Notes under the pieces: model-generated | Seen by the model: the letters and a program-made list of their open reading frames with translations, nothing else | The model's database searches: none | Told to the model about the DNA's origin: nothing | Part shown: piece after piece, positions 28,058 through 37,123 of the stretch | Layout: every line of letters begins with the position of its first letter | Position numbering within the stretch: the stretch's first letter is position 1 | From: Acidobacteriota bacterium | GTDB taxonomy: Bacteria; Acidobacteriota; Vicinamibacteria; Vicinamibacterales; SCN-69-37 | NCBI GenBank assembly: GCA_947467605.1 | Contig: CANIII010000022.1 | Span: 3,044-67,043, forward strand | Direction of reading: 5' to 3' | DNA: 64,000 bases | Position numbers and translations under genes: made by a program

Positions 28058-29002
28058 TCAGAACTCTCCGATCGTCACGACTTCATTGCGCAGCTCGACT
28101 CCGAAGCGCGCACGCACCTCGGCCCGAGCTGTTTCGATCAGCGCGTGGACATCCGCGGCCGATGCGCGACCATCATTCACAATAAAGTTCGCGTGCGCGG
28201 TTGAGATCATGGCACCTCCCACGCGATGTCCCTTGAGGCCCGCACGATCCACCAACGCGCCGGCCGACGGCGGAATGCCGTGCGGCACGACGTCACGCGC
28301 GGGATCAGGATTCTGAAACACACAGCCCGCGCTCGGGACATCAAGCGGCTGTGTGCGCTTGCGATGCGCCAGTGATGCGCGCGCTACCGCGCGGAGCGCA
28401 TCCGGCACACCCGAGCCCACGCCGAACTCCGCCCACAGCAGCACCTCGCGCGTTCGTTGCAATCGGCTCGTATCGTAAGCAAAGGACATGTCATCGGCGC
28501 CCAGTTCCATCACGACGCCACTCGGTGCCATGAGACTCACGCGCGTCACCAGATCGCCGATGTTCCGGCCGCCGTAGTGGGCATTGCCGCAGATCGCGCC
28601 GCCGACGGTGCCCGGCGTCCCTGCCCACGCTTCGAGCGCCGACAGGCCGCGGCCGATCGTCCACCGCACTAGTCCGTTCATCGTGACGCCCGCGCCGGCA
28701 CGTACGACGGTCGGCGACGACTGCGACAAATCCATGAGACGCAGGCGAACGACGATGCCTCGAACGCCGGCGTCGGACACCAGGACGTTCGATCCGCCGC
28801 CGAGAAGCGTCACCGTGACTCCCGCCTGACCAGCCACTGACAACACGCGTCGCAGTTCATCCACAGACCGAACATCCGCCAGGACATCTGCGGTGCCGCC
28901 GACTCGAAACGTCGTCATGGGTGCAAGCGGTGCATGCTCACGCACGCGATCAGTGCCGAGCGCTTCGCGCAAAGATGCACCGACGGCAGGATCGATCATC
29001 AC
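28058..29002 (-). CDS. murB: UDP-N-acetylenolpyruvoylglucosamine reductase
   Basis: TTFRVGG, LGGGSNVLV, PGTVGGA, PSAGCVFQNP, HANFIVN, LRNEV. Confidence 0.95.
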   Translation of the reverse strand: MMIDPAVGASLREALGTDRVREHAPLAPMTTFRVGGTADVLADVRSVDELRRVLSVAGQAGVTVTLLGGGSNVLVSDAGVRGIVVRLRLMDLSQSSPTVVRAGAGVTMNGLVRWTIGRGLSALEAWAGTPGTVGGAICGNAHYGGRNIGDLVTRVSLMAPSGVVMELGADDMSFAYDTSRLQRTREVLLWAEFGVGSGVPDALRAVARASLAHRKRTQPLDVPSAGCVFQNPDPARDVVPHGIPPSAGALVDRAGLKGHRVGGAMISTAHANFIVNDGRASAADVHALIETARAEVRARFGVELRNEVVTIGEF

Positions 29003-29006
29003 TCGA

Positions 29007-30407
29007 TCAGTGCCCGAGCGCGTTGAGGAGCTTGTCGTGAATGCCGTCGAACCCGCCGTTCGACATCAGCAACACCACGTCGCCCGACTGTGCTTCCGCA
29101 GCAATGGTCGACACGATCTCGTCCACGTTCGGCAATGTTCGTGCACGCTGGCCCCGCTCGCGCAGGGTCGCGACGATTTCGTCGACCGAAAGGCGCTCGG
29201 CATCCGGCAAGGTGGCCCGGAAGACCGCGGCCAAGATGACCTCGTCGGCGCCTGACTCGGCGAACGCCGTCGCAAAGTCGTCCTGAAAGATCTTCCGACA
29301 GGACGTCGCCGATCGTGGCTCGAATACCGCCCAGACTCGGCGTGAGGGATCGGCTGACTTGATCGCCCGAATCGTTTCGAGAATCGCCGTCGGATGGTGC
29401 GCGAAGTCGTCGTACACCGAGACGCCCCGCGCAGTTCCCCGCAATTCGAGTCGCCGCTTGACGCCACGAAAGTGACCGAGTCCGTCGCTCATCGTCCCGA
29501 CGTCGAGCCCCACCGCGTGGCCGACGGCCATCGCGGCCAGGGCGTTCCGCACGTTGTGCTCACCGAAGAGCGGCAGCGTCACCTGACCCTGCGGTTCACC
29601 ACGATGCGTCACGTGAAAGATCGTGCCGTTGGCAAACGGCCGAACGCCGTCCGCGCGCCAGTCGGCGCCGCCGCTGAGCCCGAAGGTCTCCACCGCACAC
29701 CGCGCTCCGGCCGCCAAGCGCAGCGCCTCGGCGCTGTCGGCGCCAATGATGAGGTGTCCGCTCCGCGGCACGAGATTCACGAATCGACGAAACGCAATCC
29801 GCAATGACTCCATGTCGGGATAAATGTCGGCGTGGTCGTATTCGAGATTGCCGATCACGGCGATGTCGGGAAGATACTTGAGAAACTTCGCCGTCTTGTC
29901 GAAGAAGGCGCTGTCGTATTCGTCACCCTCGATCACGAAGTCACGCCCGGCCCCGAGCCGATAGCTGCCGTCGAAGTTCAGCGCAATGCCGCCGACGAGC
30001 AGACTCGGATCCTGGCCTGCGGCCGTCAGCATCCACGCGGTCAGTGCCGTGGTTGAAGTCTTGCCGTGAGTGCCCGCAATCACGATGGAACGCGCGCTCC
30101 AGAGGAAGTGGTCGCGAATCGCCTCCGGCAACGACACGTAGCGCACCTTGCGGTCCAGCACGGCTTCGAGTTCGGGGTTCCCCCGGGAAATCGCATTTCC
30201 GACCACAACCAGGTCGAGGTCGCCGGTGATCTGTTCCTCGCGATAGCCATCGAACACGCGAATGTGCTCATGAGCGAGGAAGTCGCTCATCGGTGGGTAG
30301 ACGCCGTGATCCGATCCCTGGACGTCATGGCCGCGGTGCTTGAGCATCGCGGCGAGCGTGGCCATCGCCGTACCGCAGATGCCGATAAAGTGAATGCGCT
30401 TAGTCAC
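29007..30407 (-). CDS. mpl: Murein peptide ligase (UDP-MurNAc:tripeptide ligase)
   Basis: IHFIGICGTAM, YPPMS, GTHGKTST, EGDEYDSAFFDK, DDFAHHPTAI, FEPRS, MSNGGFDGIH. Confidence 0.92.
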   Translation of the reverse strand: MTKRIHFIGICGTAMATLAAMLKHRGHDVQGSDHGVYPPMSDFLAHEHIRVFDGYREEQITGDLDLVVVGNAISRGNPELEAVLDRKVRYVSLPEAIRDHFLWSARSIVIAGTHGKTSTTALTAWMLTAAGQDPSLLVGGIALNFDGSYRLGAGRDFVIEGDEYDSAFFDKTAKFLKYLPDIAVIGNLEYDHADIYPDMESLRIAFRRFVNLVPRSGHLIIGADSAEALRLAAGARCAVETFGLSGGADWRADGVRPFANGTIFHVTHRGEPQGQVTLPLFGEHNVRNALAAMAVGHAVGLDVGTMSDGLGHFRGVKRRLELRGTARGVSVYDDFAHHPTAILETIRAIKSADPSRRVWAVFEPRSATSCRKIFQDDFATAFAESGADEVILAAVFRATLPDAERLSVDEIVATLRERGQRARTLPNVDEIVSTIAAEAQSGDVVLLMSNGGFDGIHDKLLNALGH

Positions 30408-31356
30408 TGGCGGCCGACTCCTCGATGATCAACCGCGGACGATGGCCGGCCACGACGCGTGCCCGCACGCCGAACGGCAGCGTCACGCTCTCACAGTTCG
30501 CATGTCCAGACGGCACACCAAACAGGACGGGCCCTGGGAAGTCCGCCAGCGCCGCTCGCACCGTGTCGCGCGCGGTGGGCGCGCCCGTGGGTTCATCACA
30601 CTTCGGCATCTCGTTACAGACGATGGCCGAAGCCCGCGCAAGAACACCAGCAAACTTCAATTGCATCAACATGCGATCCAGCCGATACGGGCGCTCGCCC
30701 ACCTCGTCGAGGAACAGAATATGGCCAACTGGCGGAGCAAAAGCGTAGGGCGTCCCCAGCGACGCCACCAACTGCGTGAGCGTCCCGCCGAAGATGGGCC
30801 CAACGATGTCACGGCCGTCTCGCAGCACCATGAGATTGGGCGCAAATACGTCGCCGACCTCGTGGTCGAGCAGCGACGTCAGCAACGACGTCGGGTCGTA
30901 CGACTCTCGGCCGCGTGACAGGCGGCCGTCGAGCATTGGTCCGTGAATGGACACCAGTCCGGCCGTCTGGTTGATCACGGTGTGCAGTGACGTCACATCG
31001 CTGTAGCCGATGAAGGCCGTGCGTCGCTCGGCCCACACGGCGGCATCGACCAACGGCAGGATTTGCACGCTGCCGTAGCCGCCCCGCACCGACATGATCG
31101 CATCAACATCGGTCCGCATCAGCGCGTCCTGGAGGGAGGCCGCTCGCAGCTGGGGTGTCCCGGCAACGAATCCATCCGCCTCGAAGACGCGTTCATCCCA
31201 GGTCGTCTGGAATCCGAGCCGCTGCAGTTCGGCGATGCCGCGATCAAACTCGGATCGCGGAAATGGACTCGCCGGCGCCACGAGCGCCACGGTGGCGCCG
31301 GGCCTCACCGGACGAATCTTGATCAGCCCGGCGGTCGTCCGTGTCGCTACAGCCAT
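30400..31356 (-). CDS. ldcA: LD-carboxypeptidase (peptidase S66)
   Basis: VAPASP, RGGYGS, FIGYSDVT, FLDEVGERPYRLDRML, PSGH. Confidence 0.88.
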   Translation of the reverse strand: MAVATRTTAGLIKIRPVRPGATVALVAPASPFPRSEFDRGIAELQRLGFQTTWDERVFEADGFVAGTPQLRAASLQDALMRTDVDAIMSVRGGYGSVQILPLVDAAVWAERRTAFIGYSDVTSLHTVINQTAGLVSIHGPMLDGRLSRGRESYDPTSLLTSLLDHEVGDVFAPNLMVLRDGRDIVGPIFGGTLTQLVASLGTPYAFAPPVGHILFLDEVGERPYRLDRMLMQLKFAGVLARASAIVCNEMPKCDEPTGAPTARDTVRAALADFPGPVLFGVPSGHANCESVTLPFGVRARVVAGHRPRLIIEESAASD

Positions 31357-32441
31357 TTCGTCATCATGTCGGCCAACGTCTGATGTTCCTCGCAGCCGAT
31401 GCGGGACATCGACGGGATCTGGCTCTGGCGGCCGCCACCAAGAAATTGATGTTTGACTCGTTCTTGCCGCGCCAGCGCATCTTCGAGGCGCGCCATTGGG
31501 ACGCGACCCGTCTCGATCGCCTTGACGACGGCCTCGAGGGCGCCGACTTGTTCGTCCGGCGTCTGATTGCAGAGCAACACCGCGTCGCATCCCGCCAACA
31601 GCGAAAGCACCATCGCTTCGCCGAGGCCTGTCGAGTCGCTGATCGCCTTCATGCCCAGGTCGTCACTGATCACGACGCCTCGGTACCCGAGGGTCTTCTT
31701 CAAGAGACCGTCGACGATCACCGGCGAGAGCGTCGCGGGTCGCGCCTCATCGAGGGCGGGCACGAGCACGTGGGCCGTCATGATGCACGCCACGTCAGCG
31801 GCCACGGCCGCGCGAAACGGCACGAGTTCCACCTCTTGGAGCCGCTCGGGCGATTGCTCGACGAGAGGTAGCTCGAAGTGGGAATCGGTGCTGGTGTCGC
31901 CATGACCGGGAAAATGTTTGCCGCACGCGGCCACGCCACCGCCTTGTAGTGTCGTGATCATGAGTGCGCCAAGACGTGCCGCGACATCGGCCTTCTCGGA
32001 AAGGGCGCGATCACCAATCACCGGGTTCTTCGGATTGGTGTGCACGTCGAGCACCGGCGTGTAGTCGAGATTGACACCGACGGCACGCAACTCGTCTGCC
32101 ATGGCGCGCGCAAACCGGACCGTGAGCTGGTCATCACCGGAACGTCCCAGCGTGATCATGGGCGGCCATTCTGTGAAGGGACGCTTCAAGCGTGCGACGC
32201 GTCCACCTTCCTGGTCCACGCTGATCCAGAGCGGCCAGGCCTGCGTCAGCGCGCTACATTCACGCGACAAATCCTTCACCTGCGCGGGCTCGGTCGGCTG
32301 GGCAAAGTTGCGTGCAAAGTAGATGACGCCACCCAAATCAAACTCGCGCGCGATCTCACGCAGTTCGACCGGCACCGTCTGTCCGGCGAAACCCACGATG
32401 GCCAACCGTCCAACACTCCGCCGAACGTCACGCAAGGACAT
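31347..32441 (-). CDS. nagZ: Beta-N-acetylhexosaminidase (GH3)
   Basis: DQEGGRVAR, PVLDV, KHFPGHGDTSTDSH, MTAHV, SDDLGM; start 32441 (alternative 32450). Confidence 0.93.
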   Translation of the reverse strand: MSLRDVRRSVGRLAIVGFAGQTVPVELREIAREFDLGGVIYFARNFAQPTEPAQVKDLSRECSALTQAWPLWISVDQEGGRVARLKRPFTEWPPMITLGRSGDDQLTVRFARAMADELRAVGVNLDYTPVLDVHTNPKNPVIGDRALSEKADVAARLGALMITTLQGGGVAACGKHFPGHGDTSTDSHFELPLVEQSPERLQEVELVPFRAAVAADVACIMTAHVLVPALDEARPATLSPVIVDGLLKKTLGYRGVVISDDLGMKAISDSTGLGEAMVLSLLAGCDAVLLCNQTPDEQVGALEAVVKAIETGRVPMARLEDALARQERVKHQFLGGGRQSQIPSMSRIGCEEHQTLADMMTKWL

Positions 32442-32448
32442 GTGCGCC

Positions 32449-32456
32449 ATTATAAT
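32449..32456. promoter_or_regulatory. Palindromic bidirectional -10 element ATTATAAT
   Basis: TATAAT on + strand (32451-32456) 6 nt before GTG 32463; TATAAT on - strand (32449-32454) 7 nt before ATG 32441. Confidence 0.7.
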
Positions 32457-32462
32457 CTGCGG

Positions 32463-33455
32463 GTGCGCATCCACTCGTCCGCGCCGACCCGCATTGATCT
32501 GGCTGGCGGCACCATCGATATCTGGCCGTTGTATTTGTTTCATCAGCCGGCCGTCACCATCAACGCCGCCATCAGCCTGCGCGCCCATTGCACAATTGAG
32601 TCGCGCGCCGACGGCCGTCTCGTGGTCGTCTCTGAAGACACAGGCGAGCGGGTCGAGGCCGATGACCCAGAGACCCTCAGCGTCCAGACCCTGCCGCTGC
32701 TCGCGCGGCTGGTCAAACACTTCAACGCGCGCGGACTCTCACTCACCACGCGCTGCGACTCGCCAGTGGGTGCCGGCATTGCCGGCTCGTCCACGTTGAA
32801 CATCGCCGTAATCGCCGCGCTCGCCGCCTTTACCGGACAGGCGATGACTGACGATGCGCGACTGGAGCTGGCGAAGAACATCGAAGCGCAAGTTATCGAT
32901 GTGCCCACTGGTGTGCAGGATTACCGACCGGCCCTGTACGGCGGCGTCTCCGCGGTCGAACTGAGTGTGACCGGGATCCGTCGCGTGGCGATGGCGGTCG
33001 ATCCAGCGGCACTCGCCTCACGCATCGTGCTGGCCTACACGGGAGCCACGCGCAATTCCGGGATCAACAATTGGGACATGATGAAGCGTCACATCGATGG
33101 CGAGACGACCGTCGTCGCCGCCTTCGAGCGCATCGCAGACATCGCGCGTCAGATGCGCGTCACGCTTGAGCGTGGCGACTGGGCGGCGACGGGCGCCGCG
33201 CTGGCGGCCGAATGGGAGAACCGCAAGAAACTGGCACCCGGCGTCACGACGCCAGTAATTGACGGCCTCCTCACGCGCGCCGAGGCTGCGGGGGCCTGGG
33301 CGGGCAAAGTGTGCGGCGCGGGAGGCGGGGGCTGTCTCTTCTGCCTGACGCCGCCAGAACGGCGCGCGGCCGTGGCCGCAGCACTCACTGACGGCGGTGC
33401 CCGCGTGCTGCCCTTCACAATCGAAACAGACGGCGTACACTTGGTGCAGGAGTAA
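32463..33455 (+). CDS. GHMP-family sugar kinase (HddA/heptose-phosphate kinase-like)
   Basis: APTRIDLAGGTID, PVGAGIAGSS, GVQDY, GKVCGAGGGG. Confidence 0.88.
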   Translation: MRIHSSAPTRIDLAGGTIDIWPLYLFHQPAVTINAAISLRAHCTIESRADGRLVVVSEDTGERVEADDPETLSVQTLPLLARLVKHFNARGLSLTTRCDSPVGAGIAGSSTLNIAVIAALAAFTGQAMTDDARLELAKNIEAQVIDVPTGVQDYRPALYGGVSAVELSVTGIRRVAMAVDPAALASRIVLAYTGATRNSGINNWDMMKRHIDGETTVVAAFERIADIARQMRVTLERGDWAATGAALAAEWENRKKLAPGVTTPVIDGLLTRAEAAGAWAGKVCGAGGGGCLFCLTPPERRAAVAAALTDGGARVLPFTIETDGVHLVQE

Positions 33456-33458
33456 CGC

Positions 33459-33653
33459 ATGAACGCCCTCGAAGAACTTCGAAAGCTCTACTTCAACGCG
33501 AAACGCGGCACGGTCAAGAAGGACATCATCCGCGCCATCGATCTCTTCAAGATGCTGAAGACCGAAGAAGAGCGAGAAAAAGCGGCGGTCTATATGGACG
33601 GGTTGTCGCAGATGCGCTCGGAATGGGCGCAAGGCAAGAACGAAGACAGCTAG
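33459..33653 (+). CDS. Small hypothetical protein (64 aa)
   Basis: SD AGGAG, 3 nt after kinase stop, protein-like charged amphipathic sequence. Confidence 0.7.
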   Translation: MNALEELRKLYFNAKRGTVKKDIIRAIDLFKMLKTEEEREKAAVYMDGLSQMRSEWAQGKNEDS

Positions 33654-34439
33654 CTACTTCCAGAACGCGCTGGCGTTGTCGGGGGTGATGCTGGCCTTCT
33701 TCACATCACCCGAGGCGCCGAGTGGTTTGGCCGGCTTGCCATTCACGCTCCAGCTGATAGCGCCCGCATTGCCAAACTGCACGGCCAATTCGCGCTCAGC
33801 CTGAAACGTCTGCGACTCCCCCGCCGTCAGGTTGCGCGACAGCACCAGGCGGCCGTCTGCCGTCACCTGCACCCAGCAACTCGCGTCCGCGTGCAACTGA
33901 ATCGAGACGGAATGCACGACCGGCGGTGCCGTTTGCGGCGCATCGGTGGTCGGCGCAGCGACGGGCTCGACGGACGGCGCGGAGACTGACGGCGCCGGGG
34001 CCTGTTCGGTCACGACCGGCACCACGGGGGGCCGGCGTCGGACGCGCGTCATCTGCCACCAGCCGATGAGGCCACCGATGACGATCACCAGCATGATGGC
34101 AATCGCGCGCAACCACACACCGGCCTTGCGTTGTCGTTCCAAAAACATTCGATCGTCGTCGGTGATCTCTGCCGTCGCGACTTCGCGCAGGGACGAGGCG
34201 GCCATCGCATCCGCGAGTTCTGTGTACTGGCGAACGGTTTCCTCGGGATCGAGGCCGACTTCATCGGCATACGCCCGAACAAACGCGCGACTGAAGATGC
34301 CGCCAGGCAGGCGTGAGAAATCGCCTCGCTCCAGCGCCTCGAGCGCGCCCGTGGCGATCTTTGTGGCGCTGGCGATTTGCCGCAGCGAGATGCCGCGGCC
34401 CTCGCGCGCCTGCTTCAGATGAAGACCAAACTCACTCAT
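33654..34439 (-). CDS. RodZ-like protein (XRE HTH + TM + DUF4115-like)
   Basis: LKQAREGRGISL, LERGDFSRLPGGIFSRAFVRAYA, TM, CWVQVTADG, FGNAGA. Confidence 0.85.
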   Translation of the reverse strand: MSEFGLHLKQAREGRGISLRQIASATKIATGALEALERGDFSRLPGGIFSRAFVRAYADEVGLDPEETVRQYTELADAMAASSLREVATAEITDDDRMFLERQRKAGVWLRAIAIMLVIVIGGLIGWWQMTRVRRRPPVVPVVTEQAPAPSVSAPSVEPVAAPTTDAPQTAPPVVHSVSIQLHADASCWVQVTADGRLVLSRNLTAGESQTFQAERELAVQFGNAGAISWSVNGKPAKPLGASGDVKKASITPDNASAFWK

Positions 34440-34487
34440 GCGTGGGGGTAACCGAACTTGTAACTGTACGTGACGCGTCTCCGAACG

Positions 34488-35153
34488 TCAATGCGTTGTG
34501 AACTGCTCGCGCAGTTTTTCGACCGCGATCTTCGGGCCGAGACCGCCGGCCGCGCTCGGAATAAAGAGTGCAATGGCCGCGATACCTGCGGCACCCGCGA
34601 TCGAACAGACTTTGGCGCGCTCGATGGTCACCCCGCCAATCGCCAGTACCGGAACATCGACACGACGAGTGGCATCGGCAAGGGCGGAGATCCCCTGCCC
34701 GGACACGCCGGGCTTTGAAGCGGTCGGAAACACCGTGCCGAACACCACGTAGTCCGCGGTCGCGGCCAGCGCCAACTCTGCCGGCGAATGCGCGGAGCGA
34801 CCGACGATCCACCCGACGGGGCCGAGCACCCGCATACGCTCGACCGGCGGCCCAAGCGCGGGCAGGTGCACGCCATCCGCGCCGGCAGACAGCGCCACGT
34901 CCGCGCGATCGCTCACGACCACGCGGGTATTCGATCCCCGCGTGAGCGCCACAGCGGCCAACACCAGTGCATGCAGGTCGCTCGCGGGCAGATCCAGTTC
35001 GCGGATGTGCACAAGGTTGACGCCCGCGGCGGCCGCGTCCGCAATGAGCGCGAGCAGCGCGCGCCGTTGTTCCGCGGGTGTCGCATCGGGCGGCGCCGTG
35101 CGGTGCCGATCGGTCACGAGACAGACGATTGGACGCGGCCCTGAGAAGATCAC
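34488..35153 (-). CDS. Thiamine-phosphate synthase/TenI-like paralog
   Basis: CLVTDR, VHIRELDL, SDRADVA, ADGVHLP, GRSAHS, FGTVFPTASK, VLAIGGV; GTG start overlapping upstream TGA. Confidence 0.8.
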   Translation of the reverse strand: MIFSGPRPIVCLVTDRHRTAPPDATPAEQRRALLALIADAAAAGVNLVHIRELDLPASDLHALVLAAVALTRGSNTRVVVSDRADVALSAGADGVHLPALGPPVERMRVLGPVGWIVGRSAHSPAELALAATADYVVFGTVFPTASKPGVSGQGISALADATRRVDVPVLAIGGVTIERAKVCSIAGAAGIAAIALFIPSAAGGLGPKIAVEKLREQFTTH

Positions 35154-35392
35154 CGCGGCTGATCCGCGCCACCAGCGGGATGGCGCAGCATGAACGCACT
35201 CACCAGATCGCGCAAACCGCCCAAGGCGGTCACCAATCCCACCCCTGTCACGGCGCCGCGCACGTACGCACTGGCCATCCACACGCCGAGCCACGGCAGC
35301 GCGGCCGCGAAGTAGTTCCGCTCCCACAAGCCGGACCACGGCGCCAACACGAGCAGCACTCCGGCCTCAATGAGATAGGCGGCGACGAGCAA
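35150..35392 (-). CDS. Small two-TM membrane protein; start uncertain
   Basis: EAGVLLVLAPWSGLWERNYF, YVRGAVTGVG; fills gap between rnhB and the thiE paralog. Confidence 0.6.
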   Translation of the reverse strand: MLVAAYLIEAGVLLVLAPWSGLWERNYFAAALPWLGVWMASAYVRGAVTGVGLVTALGGLRDLVSAFMLRHPAGGADQPR

Positions 35393-35419
35393 ACGGCTGA
35401 AGAAACGAATGGGGTGGCC

Positions 35420-36052
35420 TCAGTGATCGATGGTATCAAACAGCGACGGCGGCCTGAACGAACGGCGGTGCAGTGTCGAGTATCCGAATTCGGCAACAGC
35501 CTTCAGGTGTTCAGGGGTTGCGTACCCTTTGTGGTGGTCAAACCCGTACCGAGGATCACGGGCATGGGCCTCCAGCATCCAGCGATCGCGGGTGACTTTC
35601 GCGAGAATCGATGCGGCCGCAATCGCGGTTGATCGCCGATCGCCGCCGATCACAGGACGCTGTGGAATGAGCAGTTCGGGAATCAGGAGGTGGCCGTCCA
35701 CAAGGACGAAGCCCGGCAGGGGCGTGAGCGCCTCGACGGCGCGACGCATGGCGAGCAGTGAGGCGCGGAGGATATTGATGCGATCGATATCGGCCGCGTC
35801 CACAAAGGCAACGTGCCACGACAGCGCCTTTCGCCGAATCGCGTCAAAGAGCGTGTCACGCTGATCGGGCGTTAGCGCCTTGGAGTCGGTAATGCCAGGG
35901 ACGCGCAGGTCGGCCGGTAACACGACGGCCGCCGCCACCACTGGCCCGGCCAAACAACCACGGCCGACCTCATCGACACCGGCGACATGCACAAACCCAA
36001 AACCGCGCACCTCGCGTTCGAGCGTGCGAGTGGCGCGCGGCTTCGGGCTCAT
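35420..36052 (-). CDS. rnhB: Ribonuclease HII
   Basis: AGVDEVGRGCLAGPV, DSK, IAAASILAKVTRD, HKGYAT, HRRSF. Confidence 0.96.
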   Translation of the reverse strand: MSPKPRATRTLEREVRGFGFVHVAGVDEVGRGCLAGPVVAAAVVLPADLRVPGITDSKALTPDQRDTLFDAIRRKALSWHVAFVDAADIDRINILRASLLAMRRAVEALTPLPGFVLVDGHLLIPELLIPQRPVIGGDRRSTAIAAASILAKVTRDRWMLEAHARDPRYGFDHHKGYATPEHLKAVAEFGYSTLHRRSFRPPSLFDTIDH

Positions 36053-36071
36053 GGCGTCACACGAGACTGAC

Positions 36072-36419
36072 TTACGCCGTGCGTCGTGTTTCCTTCATGC
36101 GAGCGGCCTTGCCGCGCAAATCGCGCAGGAAGTACAGCTTCGCGCGACGGACCTGCGCGCCGCGCAGGACGTCGATCTTCGCGATCGTCGGCGAGTGCAG
36201 CGGGAAAATACGCTCCACGCCCTGACCAAACGACATCTTGCGGACGGTGAACGTCGCGCTGGCGCCGCCGCGGTGCTGGCCGATGACGATGCCCTCATAC
36301 ATCTGGATGCGCTCTTTGTCGCCTTCACGCACCTTGACGTGCACGCGCACGGTATCACCCGACCGCATCGTCGGCCGTTCCATCAACTGCGCCTTTTCCA
36401 GAATATCCACTGCCTTCAT
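36072..36419 (-). CDS. rplS: 50S ribosomal protein L19
   Basis: [36 protein letters not shown]. Confidence 0.97.
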   Translation of the reverse strand: MKAVDILEKAQLMERPTMRSGDTVRVHVKVREGDKERIQMYEGIVIGQHRGGASATFTVRKMSFGQGVERIFPLHSPTIAKIDVLRGAQVRRAKLYFLRDLRGKAARMKETRRTA

Positions 36420-37123
36420 GACGTGCTCTCCTTATTAAGTTCGTGGCGCCTCAATAGATCGGGACGCCGCTCTTCCGTACGCCGCAGCTGCTGTTCCCGC
36501 CGCCACCGCGCTATCTCTGCATGATGGCCGGACAGCAATATGTCCGGGACCTTCATGCCTTTGAACTCTGCCGGCCGCGTGTAATGCGGGTAGTCGAGCA
36601 GTCCGTCCGCAAACGAATCTGCCGCTACCGAGGCATCGTCGCCGACCACACCGGGCACGAGCCGCACCACCGCGTCTACCACCACGAGCGCCGGCAGTTC
36701 CCCGCCAGTCAGCACGTAGTCGCCGATCGAGATCTCATCCGTGACGAGCGCCTCGGCGACGCGCTCGTCGATCCCTTCGTACCGGCCGCAAATGATGATC
36801 AGCCGTTCCATCCGGCTGAACCGCACCGCCTCAGCGTGTGAGAACGGGCGTCCTTGCGGCGTCGTCAAAATCACGGCCGTCGGCGCACCCCGCTCAACCG
36901 AAATTTCTTCGATCGCTCGAAACAGGGGCTCGGGTTTCATCACCATCCCGGGCCCGCCGCCAAATGCCACATCGTCAACCACGCGATGCTTGTCACTCGT
37001 GTAGGCGCGCAAATCGCGTGCGCGCACATCCACCACACCTTTGGCCCGCGCCCGACCAATCACTCCTTCAGCCAGCGCCGGCTCGACCATTTGCGGAAAG
37101 ATCGTGACGATATCAACGATCAA
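36416..37123 (-). CDS. trmD: tRNA (guanine-N1)-methyltransferase
   Basis: [50 protein letters not shown]; TTG start. Confidence 0.96.
   Translation of the reverse strand: MIVDIVTIFPQMVEPALAEGVIGRARAKGVVDVRARDLRAYTSDKHRVVDDVAFGGGPGMVMKPEPLFRAIEEISVERGAPTAVILTTPQGRPFSHAEAVRFSRMERLIIICGRYEGIDERVAEALVTDEISIGDYVLTGGELPALVVVDAVVRLVPGVVGDDASVAADSFADGLLDYPHYTRPAEFKGMKVPDILLSGHHAEIARWRREQQLRRTEERRPDLLRRHELNKESTS

Noticed and set aside
32040-32720. Apparent large overlap of the nagZ and GHMP kinase ORFs
   Set aside because: Artefact of longest-ORF calling; family homology begins at 32441 (-) and 32463 (+)
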